Shown here: positions 35,101 to 44,250 of the stretch, piece after piece | Layout: every line of letters starts with the position of its first letter | Position numbering within the stretch: position 1 is the stretch's first letter | From: Candidatus Saccharimonadota bacterium | GTDB lineage: Bacteria; Patescibacteriota; Saccharimonadia; Saccharimonadales; JACOTW01 | Assembly (NCBI GenBank): GCA_016178135.1 | Contig: JACOTW010000007.1 | Coordinates: forward strand, 431 to 64,430 | DNA: 64,000 bases | Direction: 5' to 3' | The notes under the pieces: model-generated | Database searches by the model: none | What the model was told of the DNA's origin: nothing | The model's input: only the letters and a program-made list of their open reading frames with translations | Position numbers and translations under genes: made by a program

Positions 35101-35688
35101 TTATTTTTTATTAGGCTTCAATCGTCTAGTATTTGTGCCACCACCTTCGATAAGTATTTTCTTTGCCAGTTCAATCGCAAATGTATTGGAACCATATTCA
35201 CGCACAGGAACATCTACAAATCGATCGCCTAGAGCAACTCTTGTAACTAAAGTCCCTTTCCTACCATGAGTGCTTGTGGCTGTAATATCTTCTGCGCGTC
35301 CAGCAGGCATCCTGCCCAGATCATCCAAGGTACTCAAGCCCCCTCCGAGTGATCGCCAAGGATCTTCGGGCTCATCTCGTCGTGGTATTGGCGTAGGTTC
35401 AAATTCGGCTCCGTTGGCACCTTCTCTAGCCCTCACCCGCTCCATGATTTTTGCCATATGCTCGACAACGTCATTAGAAGATTCGAAAGCTGTTGGCTGA
35501 AATTGTGAGGTCAATTCGGGGGGCGGTAAATACTCATCAGCTATTCGTCTGGCTACATTGTTGTACTCATCCAAAGTCTGAATGGGGTGATGGGTATTAG
35601 GGTTACGAGGCATTGGTGTCATACATGATATTGTATCATACTTATGTATACTGCGCAATATAGTTGGTATAAAAGCAAACTGCCCCAC
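35101..35688 (-). CDS. hypothetical protein
   Basis: ORF only. The start is uncertain. Confidence 0.4.
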   Translation of the reverse strand: MGQFAFIPTILRSIHKYDTISCMTPMPRNPNTHHPIQTLDEYNNVARRIADEYLPPPELTSQFQPTAFESSNDVVEHMAKIMERVRAREGANGAEFEPTPIPRRDEPEDPWRSLGGGLSTLDDLGRMPAGRAEDITATSTHGRKGTLVTRVALGDRFVDVPVREYGSNTFAIELAKKILIEGGGTNTRRLKPNKK

Positions 35689-35727
35689 TTACGCGGGACA
35701 GTTTTTATCTATTTAGAGTAGTTTTTT

Positions 35728-35922
35728 CTACTTGCGTTTAACAGTCAAGAAACCGTTGCGTGGGTTTTCGTTGACCATGAAACCATCAGGCAATTCTGCA
35801 GCTTCTGGACGCTGATCCTTGCTGAAATAGTAAATAGTTTGTTGCTTGCCACCGCGAAGTGTGACGTCCTTGGAATTAAGGTAGTATGTTACACCCTTAG
35901 AGTTTGTGTGCTTGTATGCCAT
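35728..35922 (-). CDS. small basic hypothetical protein (64 aa)
   Basis: ORF of plausible coding composition, with GGAGAA about 6 nt upstream of the ATG as a possible RBS. No motif recognised. Confidence 0.45.
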   Translation of the reverse strand: MAYKHTNSKGVTYYLNSKDVTLRGGKQQTIYYFSKDQRPEAAELPDGFMVNENPRNGFLTVKRK

Positions 35923-36113
35923 TGCTACAAATTCTCCCTCTCTTTAACTTTAAGTAATGGTACCCCTAACATACTCTGGTGGGTTTTATATTGTCAATAG
36001 GGCTTTATAAATTAATATAACCAGCACCCCGTCATCCAGAGTAAAAATTGCTATTGCATAGCTACACGCTTATGTATTAAACTTAGATTCGTAATCAAAA
36101 GCTAAGACATAAG

Positions 36114-36722
36114 GTGGATATAAATATCATGGATATCAGGAATCAAGATACGCGACCAAACAACCAAGCAAACTTAACTACTCAAGCAGCATCTAGTAAC
36201 GCAACACGTGGGTACAAAAAATCCAAAGTTGCCGTTGGTATTCGCTTGGCATTTGTAGCACTCTTGTTTTCGGCAACTATTTTGGTTGTAGCCCTGGTGC
36301 TTTATGTGGCTATTGGTGGGCCAAAGAATGAAAAAGAATACGTTGATAAAACTAAAGTTCAGGCCGTTTTCCTAAATGGTGGGCAAGTTTATTTTGGTCG
36401 AATTGTAAATATGAGTGATAAGTATATAAATCTATCCAACATTTATTACTTGAGTGTTAGCCAGCAAGTTCAGCCAGATGAAAAAAAGACCAATAATCAA
36501 CAGCAGAATATAACCTTGGTCCCACTTGGTTGTGAATTACACCGACCCCAAGATAATATGCTAATCAATCGTGATCAGGTCATTTTCTGGGAGAACATGA
36601 AAGATGATTCTAGCGAAAAAACCGTACCTGGCGCTATCAAGAAAGATACTGCGGCAAATCCAAAAGGACACACTTGTCAAGAAAGTGGTACTAGCAATAC
36701 GCCCGATGCCAATAAGCCTTAG
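36114..36722 (+). CDS. membrane-anchored hypothetical protein
   Basis: A single TM segment after a polar N-terminus. The ATG at 36129 (MDIRNQ...) is a possible alternative start. Confidence 0.45.
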   Translation: MDINIMDIRNQDTRPNNQANLTTQAASSNATRGYKKSKVAVGIRLAFVALLFSATILVVALVLYVAIGGPKNEKEYVDKTKVQAVFLNGGQVYFGRIVNMSDKYINLSNIYYLSVSQQVQPDEKKTNNQQQNITLVPLGCELHRPQDNMLINRDQVIFWENMKDDSSEKTVPGAIKKDTAANPKGHTCQESGTSNTPDANKP

Positions 36723-36728
36723 TAATAT

Positions 36729-36867
36729 ACTCGACTTAAGCGAAACCATACGTTCCCAGAGTGAACTTGTTGTATCTGAAGAGGGGTATCTATAACTAGA
36801 GAAGATCGGTCGCTACCAGCCGAGATTAGATGGTCTGGAGATGGGAGAGTTTTGCGACAGGTCCAAT
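36729..36867 (-). mobile_element. family-B element, copy B5 (reverse orientation, diverged)
   Basis: ACTCGACTTAAGCGAAACC.TACGTTCCCAGAGTGAA ... CCGAGATTAGATGGTCTGGAGATGGGAGAGTTTTGCGACAGGTCCAAT. Confidence 0.7.
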
Positions 36868-36917
36868 CTATTCCTCGCTCAACATAGGCTACGGCCTAAG
36901 TCTCTCTAGGCCACAAA

Positions 36918-36972
36918 TTTCGCACTTTTCCATCGCCTCAGCTGCCACCTGGCATCAATGGCTAAGTGCGAA
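36918..36972. repeat. family-C hairpin element (TTTCGCACTT...AAGTGCGAAA)
   Basis: Imperfect palindrome. The reverse complement of its right arm matches 49325-49360 at about 33 of 36 positions. Confidence 0.6.
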
Positions 36973-36973
36973 A

Positions 36974-37582
36974 CTAGTGTTTAAGCGTATGCTTCAGCCA
37001 TTTCTCTAGCAAAAAACGCACCACGCCCAGCAACAGAAAAATTAAGCCAAGCACCAAACTCCAGCCAGCCATATCAGGCGACCAAACAGGAGCAATGAAG
37101 TCAAACTTATACAACGCATCAGGTATATCTTGTTCCTTGACAGAGTTTCCCTGTATGTATTGTGTAATGCATGGTATTCGATTGGTGCCAGGTCCGTTTT
37201 CGGGAACCGCCCGCGCGCAATAACTCGTAGCTTGAGCCATAATATCTTTCTGTGCGGTAGCTACCCTAGCTTGCTCTATTTGTACTAGTCGTTCATAGGT
37301 ATATTGAAGCTGTATTGGTGGGTATATGCTGTTTTGCCCGCCCGCCAAATTGGCATTCATGTGTGCATAAGTAAAGCCGCGTAACTCCTTGAGTGTTGTT
37401 TCGACATCGCCATTTGCTTTATCAACCTGCAATAATTGATCACGAAGCTCCAGAGCTCTTAAATTGTTGTGCCTATAGGCAAAGACAAAAATGATACTAC
37501 AAATAGCAAAGCCTACAAAAAAATACCAATAGCTAACTGGCCTAATACGCGTCCAGAAGTGATGTATATGTCTTTTATTCAC
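36974..37582 (-). CDS. membrane protein, unknown function
   Basis: An N-terminal and a C-terminal TM segment. Confidence 0.45.
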   Translation of the reverse strand: MNKRHIHHFWTRIRPVSYWYFFVGFAICSIIFVFAYRHNNLRALELRDQLLQVDKANGDVETTLKELRGFTYAHMNANLAGGQNSIYPPIQLQYTYERLVQIEQARVATAQKDIMAQATSYCARAVPENGPGTNRIPCITQYIQGNSVKEQDIPDALYKFDFIAPVWSPDMAGWSLVLGLIFLLLGVVRFLLEKWLKHTLKH

Positions 37583-37606
37583 TATACTTTAGATTATACT
37601 GGACTT

Positions 37607-38908
37607 ATGCATATTTATTTTAGTGGTATTGGCGGGACTGCTATTGGCCCCTTGGCCCTAATTGCTCAACAAGCAGGTTTTACCGTTTCTGGCTCTGACA
37701 AACAAGATTCTCAATACATCACATATCTAAAGAAACGCGGGATAACTAATATTCACGTTGGTCAGAGTCGTGAACAAATTGAAGCAGTTCACCAAAAAAG
37801 TCCGATTGATTGGTTTATATATTCGTCGGCAGTTGCCATAGAAAACCCTAACGCTCCAGAGCTTGCTTTCTGTTCAGAAAAAATCATTAAAATATCTAAA
37901 CGTGATGAATTATTGAACCTGATATTGCAAGATAAACATCTGAAACTAATAGCTATAGCCGGTACGCATGGTAAAACTACCACAACAGCTATGATCATCT
38001 GGCTGTTTAAACAACTCGGGGAACCTGTATCGTATTCAGTTGGGGCAAAAATCAGCTTTGGCGATATGGGACAATATCAAAATAATTCAAAATATTTTGT
38101 TTATGAGGCCGATGAATTTGACCACAACTTCTTAGGTTTTGAGCCATATCTTAGTGTTATTTCTGGTGTAAGTTGGGATCATCATGAATATTTTCCAACC
38201 AGAGAAGACTATCAACAGGCCTTCCGTGAGTTTATAGCTCAAAGTCAACGGACTATTATCTGGCAAGAAGATTATGGATATTTGGGCTTGACCGTAAAAA
38301 CTCATTATTCATTGCTGGATTCCAGCGAACCAGTAATTAGTTCAATAGATATACCCGGCCATTATAATCGTCTGGATGCTTGGCTCGCTATCCAGGCAGT
38401 ACATACAATCCTCAAAACACCCATAACTAAGCTGATTGAGCTTATCAAACTTTTTCCTGGTTTACAGCGACGCATGGAAGAGATTGTCCCAGGTCTTTAT
38501 AGCGACTATGCTCACACCCCAGAAAAAATCCGTGGTGCTATGAGTGTCGCGCTGGAAATAGCCGAGAAACAAAAAAAAGACCTAGTAGTCATTTACGAAC
38601 CACTGACAAATCGTCGTCAACACTACATACTAGACAACTACAAAGACTGCTTCAATGGTGCTAGGAAAGTTTATTGGATACCCAGTTATCTGGCACGAGA
38701 AAATCCAACCCAGAGAATTATTGAGCCGTTAGAGCTCATAGCCCACCTTAGCGATCCAACTATTGCACAACCAGAGATACGTAACGATAAACTAAAAAAA
38801 ATCATCCAAAAACACCTATATAAAGGTACTATGGTAGTGGCCATGTCCGGCGGAGGCGGCGATAGTTTGGATGAATGGATTAGACACGAGTTTCGCACCC
38901 TGCCATAG
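37607..38908 (+). CDS. Mur ligase family protein (MurC/Mpl-like)
   Basis: MHIYFSGIGGTAIGPLA (N-terminal Rossmann motif) and the P-loop AGTHGKTTTTAM. I chose the start at 37607 to avoid overlap with the divergent gene. The last 7 codons lie in repeat C4. Confidence 0.8.
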   Translation: MHIYFSGIGGTAIGPLALIAQQAGFTVSGSDKQDSQYITYLKKRGITNIHVGQSREQIEAVHQKSPIDWFIYSSAVAIENPNAPELAFCSEKIIKISKRDELLNLILQDKHLKLIAIAGTHGKTTTTAMIIWLFKQLGEPVSYSVGAKISFGDMGQYQNNSKYFVYEADEFDHNFLGFEPYLSVISGVSWDHHEYFPTREDYQQAFREFIAQSQRTIIWQEDYGYLGLTVKTHYSLLDSSEPVISSIDIPGHYNRLDAWLAIQAVHTILKTPITKLIELIKLFPGLQRRMEEIVPGLYSDYAHTPEKIRGAMSVALEIAEKQKKDLVVIYEPLTNRRQHYILDNYKDCFNGARKVYWIPSYLARENPTQRIIEPLELIAHLSDPTIAQPEIRNDKLKKIIQKHLYKGTMVVAMSGGGGDSLDEWIRHEFRTLP

Positions 38909-39030
38909 CCCCAGTTCATACCTGAACGGCTCCGAGCTTCCACCCCTCTATAAACAATACCTCCCTTGGATTGAAAGCTCTCGCTCGTTAAGGGGCAATC
39001 TGGCATCAATAGAAAAGTCCGCAAGTCCTA
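38884..39030. repeat. family-C element, long palindromic form
   Basis: The left end ACACGAGTTTCGCAC equals 49320-49334. The reverse complement of 38956-39030 is about 75% identical to 49331-49396. Confidence 0.5.
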
Positions 39031-39089
39031 TTTATTTCGCGACATTTTTGGTCTTGTCTATTTTCGTCAATCGTGTTGCAATAGTAGTA

Positions 39090-39704
39090 ATGAAACGGAC
39101 GACTAAAAAAACCGCTCTTTTTCTTGGTCTTTCGGTAAATTCGTTGCTTTTTCCCGTTACTCACGGTGAAATAGAGTCCATAAACCCTGAATATCATACC
39201 CAGCCCGAGACAACTATGCCCGTCAGCACAGACAAAACGGCACCCATACAAACCATACTGCCAGATATCGTGAAAGTAGAACCAGTACCAACCAGCTTGA
39301 TAGAAAACCAAGAAGACAATAAACAATATATAGAAACAACAATTATACCCGTATTAGAAGAAGCAGGATTAAGGATAGTTCCACCCACCAATGTCGATTT
39401 TGATCCTGTTAATGCCCCTAATCAGTTTATTGTAACTAATGATGGTAAATGCGGAAGTCAGTTTTCCGTTATAGATAGCAATAAACCTGATACTAAAAAT
39501 ATAACGATTGAAGTGTTTGGGGAACTTGATATTTTGGAAAATGGTAAAGAGTACGTTACGGCGGCTTTTGACAATAGGCTTGGCCACCAAGAAGTTGAGC
39601 AGGTGGATGGCCATGATTTCCTCAAAGAAGATCCCGCGTCCGTTAAGCAGTTTGTAGAGGACAATAATAATGCTATGTGTCAAGTAATGATGAGGCAGCC
39701 TTGA
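39090..39704 (+). CDS. secreted hypothetical protein
   Basis: The signal-peptide-like MKRTTKKTALFLGLSVNSLLFPVTHG starts at 39090. The upstream part of the ORF-track entry is repeat sequence. Confidence 0.45.
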   Translation: MKRTTKKTALFLGLSVNSLLFPVTHGEIESINPEYHTQPETTMPVSTDKTAPIQTILPDIVKVEPVPTSLIENQEDNKQYIETTIIPVLEEAGLRIVPPTNVDFDPVNAPNQFIVTNDGKCGSQFSVIDSNKPDTKNITIEVFGELDILENGKEYVTAAFDNRLGHQEVEQVDGHDFLKEDPASVKQFVEDNNNAMCQVMMRQP

Positions 39705-39748
39705 AATACTCGAATCTTTCATCAAACCACTCATGCTATTATTAGAGT

Positions 39749-41131
39749 ATGAAGCTCAAGAAAGTGGTGGATCGTTCACCACTTTTCAGACCAAAGCGCT
39801 ACACAACAGTAGTCATGGCATTGATAATATTTACCGGAGCAGCCGGTTCATTGTTTGCCGCTATTAATACTAGATCCATAACTCGCGACTCTTTAATGTC
39901 TCGTGCAACTACAGCGGCCGCCGCTCTAAATGTTAAAGACATCCAGAAACTGACTGGTAATGATACGGATATACAGTCACCCACTTATCAAGATTTGAGA
40001 CATCGACTAACACAAATAAGATCCGACAACCCAGACATACGTTTCGTTTATCTACTAGGTCAACGTAACAACAAAATCTACTTCATGGTAGATTCAGAAT
40101 CTGAAGCCAGCAAGCTTCATTCGCCACCCGGTAAAATCTATCCGGGAGTATCTAATAATGTACGAGGCTCTTTCATTATAAGCAAAGCATTTATAGAGGG
40201 TCCGGTCCAAGATAATTACGGTAACTGGCTGTCGGCAATTGTCCCGATAGTCGATAATTCTACTGGCAATACCGTCGCTTTATTAGGCATCGATATACCT
40301 AGCTCTGATTACTACTGGCAGATTTTTGTGTATTCCTTGGTACCTCTGCTTTTGGCAGCCATACCTTTTGCCGGACTACTTAGAGACCGTCAGTTAGAGG
40401 CCAAGGAACGTGAAATTACTCAACTCAAGACCCAGTTTCTGTCTGTTGCTTCACATGAACTCCGATCACCCCTGACAGGAACACTTTGGGCAGTGCAAAC
40501 ACTGCTAAAACCAACGACCAACAATAACCTGACAGGTCCACAGACAGACTTACTTACCGATATTTACAGCAGTACGGCTTCATCGCTAACCACCGTAAAT
40601 GAAATTCTTGATTTTTCAATCTTTGATCGCGACAAAGCTATAAAACTCCAGCATGAGACAGTGGATCTCATACCGGTACTTCAAGAGGCACAAAAAATGC
40701 TTAGACTAAGCGCCAAGGAAGCTGATGTTAAAATTGTCTTTTCCAATAAGTGGCCAACTTTAGTTGAAACCATTGGTGATGTTGCCGCTCTGAAACGAGC
40801 ATTTACGAATATAATTGCAAACGCTATCAAATACAGCCGTGCCAAAACGAAAGTGGAATTAGTGTATCATTTTCAAAATGGTGAACATGTTATAGCAGTT
40901 CGCGATCATGGCATTGGCATTCCAAAATCCGAACAAGGTCGTGTATTGGAAGGTTATTATAGGGCAACGAATGCACTAAAAGTGCAATCACGCGGCACTG
41001 GACTGGGGCTTTGGATGACTCGCCTAATCATTGAGCGCCACGGTGGTAAATTATGGCTAAAATCAAGAGAAGGTGATGGTACTATTGTTTTCGTTGCTTT
41101 ACCAACACTAGATAAACCAACAAGCACTTAA
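39749..41131 (+). CDS. sensor histidine kinase
   Basis: TM segments flank an extracellular domain. H-box SHELRSPL, N-box, and G-boxes DHGIGIP / GTGLGL. Confidence 0.9.
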   Translation: MKLKKVVDRSPLFRPKRYTTVVMALIIFTGAAGSLFAAINTRSITRDSLMSRATTAAAALNVKDIQKLTGNDTDIQSPTYQDLRHRLTQIRSDNPDIRFVYLLGQRNNKIYFMVDSESEASKLHSPPGKIYPGVSNNVRGSFIISKAFIEGPVQDNYGNWLSAIVPIVDNSTGNTVALLGIDIPSSDYYWQIFVYSLVPLLLAAIPFAGLLRDRQLEAKEREITQLKTQFLSVASHELRSPLTGTLWAVQTLLKPTTNNNLTGPQTDLLTDIYSSTASSLTTVNEILDFSIFDRDKAIKLQHETVDLIPVLQEAQKMLRLSAKEADVKIVFSNKWPTLVETIGDVAALKRAFTNIIANAIKYSRAKTKVELVYHFQNGEHVIAVRDHGIGIPKSEQGRVLEGYYRATNALKVQSRGTGLGLWMTRLIIERHGGKLWLKSREGDGTIVFVALPTLDKPTST

Positions 41132-41351
41132 ACTGGACTTACGCAAAACTCCTCCATCCCCAGATCGAATTCTATCGGCTACTCTTCGAGTCTGAGCCTG
41201 AGGGCTCACCTCAGAGTCGAAGACAAACAGTTTTTCTTCTTTCAATGTAGCCAAGAACTAATTAGCTCTAAAGCTACCTCTCCTTCAGATAAAACAGTTT
41301 TCGCTCGAGATAATTCACTCTGGGAACGGACGATTTTGGGTAAGTCCAGTT
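41131..41351 (+). mobile_element. family-B element, copy B6 (long form with a nested hairpin insert)
   Basis: TA|AACTGGACTTACGCAAAA...TTTTGGGTAAGTCCAGTT|TA. The extra internal palindrome TCTTCGAGTCTGAG...CTCAGAGTCGAAGA is absent from other copies. Confidence 0.85.
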
Positions 41352-41358
41352 TAGATTG

Positions 41359-41724
41359 TCAGCGTAAAAAATTGATAATTTGCTTAGTAATTGTTTCCAG
41401 ATCCAGTGTGGCTTTGGATAAGTACGTAGTTATGCCAGCCTCCATAGCTTGATTCACGGATTGTATGTCGTCATTAGTAGTTAGTATAATAACCCGTAAA
41501 TCTTTAGTTTTTGGATTACTGCGGAGTGCCTTAATCATATCCAAGCCATTCATTTCTGGCATATTAAGATCGGTAACAATCAAATCGATATCTTGACTCG
41601 CTTTTTCAAGCCCATCTTTGCCATTCGCAGCTTCTAGAGCAATCAGGCCATTTTGGCGCAACATAGTTACTAAGCTTCTGCGTACAAGACCATCGTCATC
41701 AACTACCAAAACCTTTTTATTCAT
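41359..41724 (-). CDS. single-domain response regulator (CheY-like receiver)
   Basis: VLVVDDD, a phospho-acceptor D in LIVTDLNMP, and a conserved T and K. Confidence 0.9.
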   Translation of the reverse strand: MNKKVLVVDDDGLVRRSLVTMLRQNGLIALEAANGKDGLEKASQDIDLIVTDLNMPEMNGLDMIKALRSNPKTKDLRVIILTTNDDIQSVNQAMEAGITTYLSKATLDLETITKQIINFLR

Positions 41725-41760
41725 AGGCTAATAATACTCTACTACCAGCCATATTCGCTA

Positions 41761-41926
41761 TATAGCAATCCCAAAACAAAATGACCATTTTAAGCCACGC
41801 CTCAGCGGCCAAAAACTTCCATTCCTCCCTCAGCGTATCTACGGATATGCTTTAGTCGGAAATGGAAGTTTTTGACTCACTGATCCGTCAACCTAAAAAA
41901 GACATTTTGTTTTGGGATTACTATAG
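41761..41926. mobile_element. 166-bp two-armed relative of family A (element D)
   Basis: 23-bp TIRs TATAGCAATCCCAAAACAAAATG / CATTTTGTTTTGGGATTACTATA flanked by TA. The centre GGCCAAAAACTTCC...CGTATCTACGGATATG...GGAAGTTTTTGAC is homologous to the family-A core. Confidence 0.75.
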
Positions 41927-42087
41927 GTATTGCCGGATTTGAGCTGTTCCAACATAAAACGCACGGCAGGCACGACGTTATCTGGCAGATTTTCTATGTC
42001 TAGCCAGGCAATTTCTTTGGGCACTTTTGGCTCGGCGTTTGTCGGCTCGCCCTGCCAACTCATGGCTTGAAAAATTACATCTACGGA
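41893..42087 (-). pseudogene. 3' fragment of a MutT/NUDIX hydrolase gene running into element D
   Basis: VIFQAMSWQGEPTNAEPKVPKEIAWLDIENLPDNVVPAVRFMLEQL resembles a MutT C-terminus. There is no Nudix box upstream, and the last 11 codons are repeat-encoded. Confidence 0.4.
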
Positions 42088-42129
42088 CTAATATATAACT
42101 TGCGATGTACGGGGTTGCTGTATTATATT

Positions 42130-42462
42130 TCATCGATTATCACCCTCACCTTTGGTAGTGCCACGTTTTTTGCGATCAGCTAATTTGTGAAGATTTTGTT
42201 GCATAATTGCATCGAATGATAAACCCAAACTGTGCGCGAATACAGCGACATACCACACCACATCACCTAATTCTTTGGCTAACCCCATCATATCTTCCTC
42301 GCTAATCTTTCCCTCTTTGTAGGCGACGATTTTCTTCCACTTTTCTACAACTTCGCCCGCCTCACCAGCTACACCCATAGCCCAGATGGTCTTGTCCATT
42401 AGTGGCATCTCATGGCGCAGGGCTGTCGTAAGAGCCTTTTCTTGATATTCGTCAAACGTCAT
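42130..42462 (-). CDS. MazG-like nucleotide pyrophosphohydrolase
   Basis: GEAGEVVEKWKK and ELGDVVWYVA motifs. Confidence 0.85.
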   Translation of the reverse strand: MTFDEYQEKALTTALRHEMPLMDKTIWAMGVAGEAGEVVEKWKKIVAYKEGKISEEDMMGLAKELGDVVWYVAVFAHSLGLSFDAIMQQNLHKLADRKKRGTTKGEGDNR

Positions 42463-42709
42463 AATCTACACCCTTTATGGTTTTAATTGTTTGGCTTGAT
42501 TCTACCCCCATTAAATACGTATTTTATAGTGTTCGGTAGCTGTTACGAAATCGTTTTCATCAACATGACGAATCGTGAAAGAGGTCTATTAAATCAGTTA
42601 GACACAAGGTTCGTACTTTCCTATTACTACCGAGTACCCTACGTCGACTACGTGATCTACTTATGCTAAAAGGTGTAAATCCTCTATATGGACTATGTAT
42701 TAGCAATGG

Positions 42710-43246
42710 CTAAAGTCCGAGGGACGCATCGCTCAAATCATTAACGTTCAAATCTTTACTATCGTCTAAGTCATTAACTGTTTTATCTACTTGGTCAGCC
42801 GTATTGCCAACTTCTGTGCTGGTAATCTTGGCAGCTGGTGCTATTGGCGTGGAAGCTGTTGGAGTTACGGTGTTTTTGGCAGTGTCATTAGTCTGCATGT
42901 AGAAATACGCACCAGCACCTGCCAAACCAAGAACAAGAATAATGATCAATAGTATAGCGACCATTGGTTTTTTAGTCTTGGTATGGGCGGGTAATTCCGG
43001 AATACTTAGATTTGGCTTATCGTAACTAGGAGCAATATTTTGCTCGGGCGCTGGTTCTGGTGATAGTGAAGCTGGTTCGAGTTCATTCATTGGATCATCA
43101 TCGACAGGAGCAGTATAGGCCCCAGTTAAAGGGTTGCTAGCTTCTGGTGTCGGTGATGATGGCTGTATATCCATTACGGGCATGCTTATTGTTGGGCGTG
43201 AATCTGTTTGTTGACTGCCCTGTGGCTGCTGTTCGGGTTCATCCAT
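42710..43246 (-). CDS. Pro/acidic-rich membrane-anchored hypothetical protein
   Basis: A central TM segment. Low-complexity composition. Confidence 0.45.
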   Translation of the reverse strand: MDEPEQQPQGSQQTDSRPTISMPVMDIQPSSPTPEASNPLTGAYTAPVDDDPMNELEPASLSPEPAPEQNIAPSYDKPNLSIPELPAHTKTKKPMVAILLIIILVLGLAGAGAYFYMQTNDTAKNTVTPTASTPIAPAAKITSTEVGNTADQVDKTVNDLDDSKDLNVNDLSDASLGL

Positions 43247-43248
43247 GA

Positions 43249-43890
43249 TTATTCATTCTCCTTGTGTTTTTCGGTAGTACTTAATTGCATTCTAATCTGT
43301 ACTAGTGTCGGTTTGATGGTACCGTTTATATAAGTCTTTATGTCCGCAGCATCTTTAGCTAATTTGGCCCTGGATACACGAGCTGTTTCTAGAGAAGCTT
43401 TGAAGCCCGTGGGATCAGCCGCGCAATCCATCGTGCCAAGATCAGCAACGGTTTCTTTGTAGGCAGCCATATCTGTCTTAAAGGTTGTTATCATACCCTT
43501 AAGAGTAGTGATTTGTGGGTCAAGGGTTGTAGTATCAACGTTGTGGTCTTTTAGTTTGGTAACAAGTTTGGTCAGTTGATTGGTCAGATTGTCATAGATG
43601 TTATTGCGACTGGTTTGAAGCCCTTGAATTCGTCCTGACAGGTTATTTACTGATACTTGGCCATTTTTACATTTTGATTTTAGTCGTGATTGTTCAAGTG
43701 TTGTTAGTTTAATTTTCAGCTCGGCCTTACGTTCTTTTATACGATCCGCTAACACTGTTTTACTCTCTGCTGTCTGATCACTGGCAGTGTCCATATTCGT
43801 CAGTGCGTGAGCCTGACTGACTACAGGCACAAGTGTCAATATTGACATCATGAATGTTGTTTCTAGAACTAATTTTATACGTTTTTTCAT
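43249..43890 (-). CDS. secreted coiled-coil protein
   Basis: A signal peptide followed by heptad-rich sequence with two Cys residues. Confidence 0.5.
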   Translation of the reverse strand: MKKRIKLVLETTFMMSILTLVPVVSQAHALTNMDTASDQTAESKTVLADRIKERKAELKIKLTTLEQSRLKSKCKNGQVSVNNLSGRIQGLQTSRNNIYDNLTNQLTKLVTKLKDHNVDTTTLDPQITTLKGMITTFKTDMAAYKETVADLGTMDCAADPTGFKASLETARVSRAKLAKDAADIKTYINGTIKPTLVQIRMQLSTTEKHKENE

Positions 43891-43965
43891 GCTAAAAATT
43901 CCTTTTCTAACTTATTTTACCATAAGCATTAAAAGTTTAATAAAATTTTAATTTATGGATAGATT

Positions 43966-44250
43966 CTAGGAGGTTTTACTGGCCAACCAAGTAATAATAA
44001 GTGCCGCTACAACGTAATTTGGTACCAAAATAAAAACACTTGTCCAAAAACCATAACTACTACTGTAAAGATAGATCATGACCGCCACTAGATAAGCCAG
44101 ATAGGGTATATATGTTAACCAGCCTTGCCATGTGTTTGGCAAATAACTCCATCTAACTTTTATAAACCATTTCTTATTATTATTGCTTTTCTTCATATAC
44201 AAAATTATACACGAGTTAATAGTAATACCATCGTCCCAGGCCAACGACAT
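43966..44250 (-). CDS. small membrane protein
   Basis: Two TM segments. The start is probably the internal Met. Confidence 0.4.
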   Translation of the reverse strand: MSLAWDDGITINSCIILYMKKSNNNKKWFIKVRWSYLPNTWQGWLTYIPYLAYLVAVMIYLYSSSYGFWTSVFILVPNYVVAALIITWLASKTS

